64,000 nucleotides of DNA, from contig CAZQQT010000003.1 of NCBI GenBank assembly GCA_964595645.1, positions 128,001-192,000 of the forward strand, given 5' to 3'. The notes under the pieces were generated by a model. The model was not told where the DNA came from. It saw only the letters and a program-made list of their open reading frames with translations, and did not search any database. The DNA comes from an uncultured Thermococci archaeon (GTDB lineage: Archaea; Methanobacteriota_B; Thermococci; Methanofastidiosales; B48-G16). This document shows, piece after piece, positions 63,494 through 64,000 of the stretch; the first letter of the stretch is position 1, and every line of letters starts with the position of its first letter. The position numbers and the translations under genes were made by a program.

Positions 63494-63900
63494 GTTCTAG
63501 AATCGTTGAAACGGCAACTAACATTGTCATCCCATTTATGATCCTTTTTGGAATATATATGATAGTCCATGGACATCTCACGCCTGGAGGTGGATTTCAG
63601 GGGGGCGTGATACTCGGGACATGTGTTCTGTTAATGTATATAGTGTTTGGAATCAAAAAGCAAAAAAGAATTCTTTCCATATTTGAAAATGTGGGTGCAT
63701 TGATCTTTCTGTTGATAGGACTCGTAGGAATTCTCTTCGGAGGAGTTCTTTTTTCAAATTTTGTTTCCAAAGGAACTACTGGTACAATACTCAGTGGTGG
63801 AACAATACCGTTTATAAACATTGCAATTGGAATAAAGGTCGCAGGAGGATTCGCTATCCTCTTTTTCACTGTGTTACACTATATTGAAAGGAGGGAGTAG
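63490..63900 (+). CDS. mnhB: Mrp/Mnh subunit B
   Basis: GHLTPGGGFQGG, N.AIG.KV. Confidence 0.88.
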   Translation: MSSRIVETATNIVIPFMILFGIYMIVHGHLTPGGGFQGGVILGTCVLLMYIVFGIKKQKRILSIFENVGALIFLLIGLVGILFGGVLFSNFVSKGTTGTILSGGTIPFINIAIGIKVAGGFAILFFTVLHYIERRE

Positions 63901-64000
63901 ATGGTTATACATGGGATATATGTAGGCATTATTTTGATACTTATTGGGTTGTATGGAATGACAACGAAAAAACATATCTTCAAGATACTCTTTGGGCTAA
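63901..64000 (+). CDS. mnhC: Mrp/Mnh subunit C (5' part)
   Basis: MVIHGIYVGIILILIGLYGMTTKKHIFKILFGL; operon order. Confidence 0.75.
   Translation, partial: MVIHGIYVGIILILIGLYGMTTKKHIFKILFGL

Noticed and set aside
61844-64000. Calling the operon MBH/MBS (hydrogenase or sulfane reductase)
   Set aside because: Only antiporter-like subunits are visible; catalytic subunits would lie outside the window, so a stand-alone Mrp cannot be distinguished.

Overview
Archaeal chromosomal window. The gene set and sequence style suggest a Thermococci-related lineage such as Theionarchaea/Methanofastidiosia (inference, not searched). Core blocks: korAB; the rpl15e-RNase P-SBDS-exosome-rpl37ae-rpoP-Brix-pcc1 superoperon; XPD; EF-1beta; thermosome-psmB-psmA; nadA; priL; tfe; rnz; gcvT/H; tRNA-Ser(CGA); XPF; ribL; cdrS-ftsZ; cgi121; and the start of an Mrp-type antiporter operon. 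Accessory patches (about 4.4-6.9, 23.2-28.6 and 39.1-48.7 kb) carry several disrupted genes. The most notable candidate system is a tusA-dsrE2-iscS*-iscU::DUF59-trxB-ferredoxin operon. Its IscS homologue has lost the PLP Schiff-base Lys and the catalytic His but keeps the persulfide Cys, suggesting Fe-S assembly fed by sulfane sulfur rather than cysteine. Also noted: an atypical HipA/PI4K-fold kinase operon, relocation of psmA, a wHTH-like insertion in PriL, two candidate sRNAs sharing a stem, and candidate operators upstream of cdrS and nadA. All calls come from reading the sequence by eye; no database searches were run.
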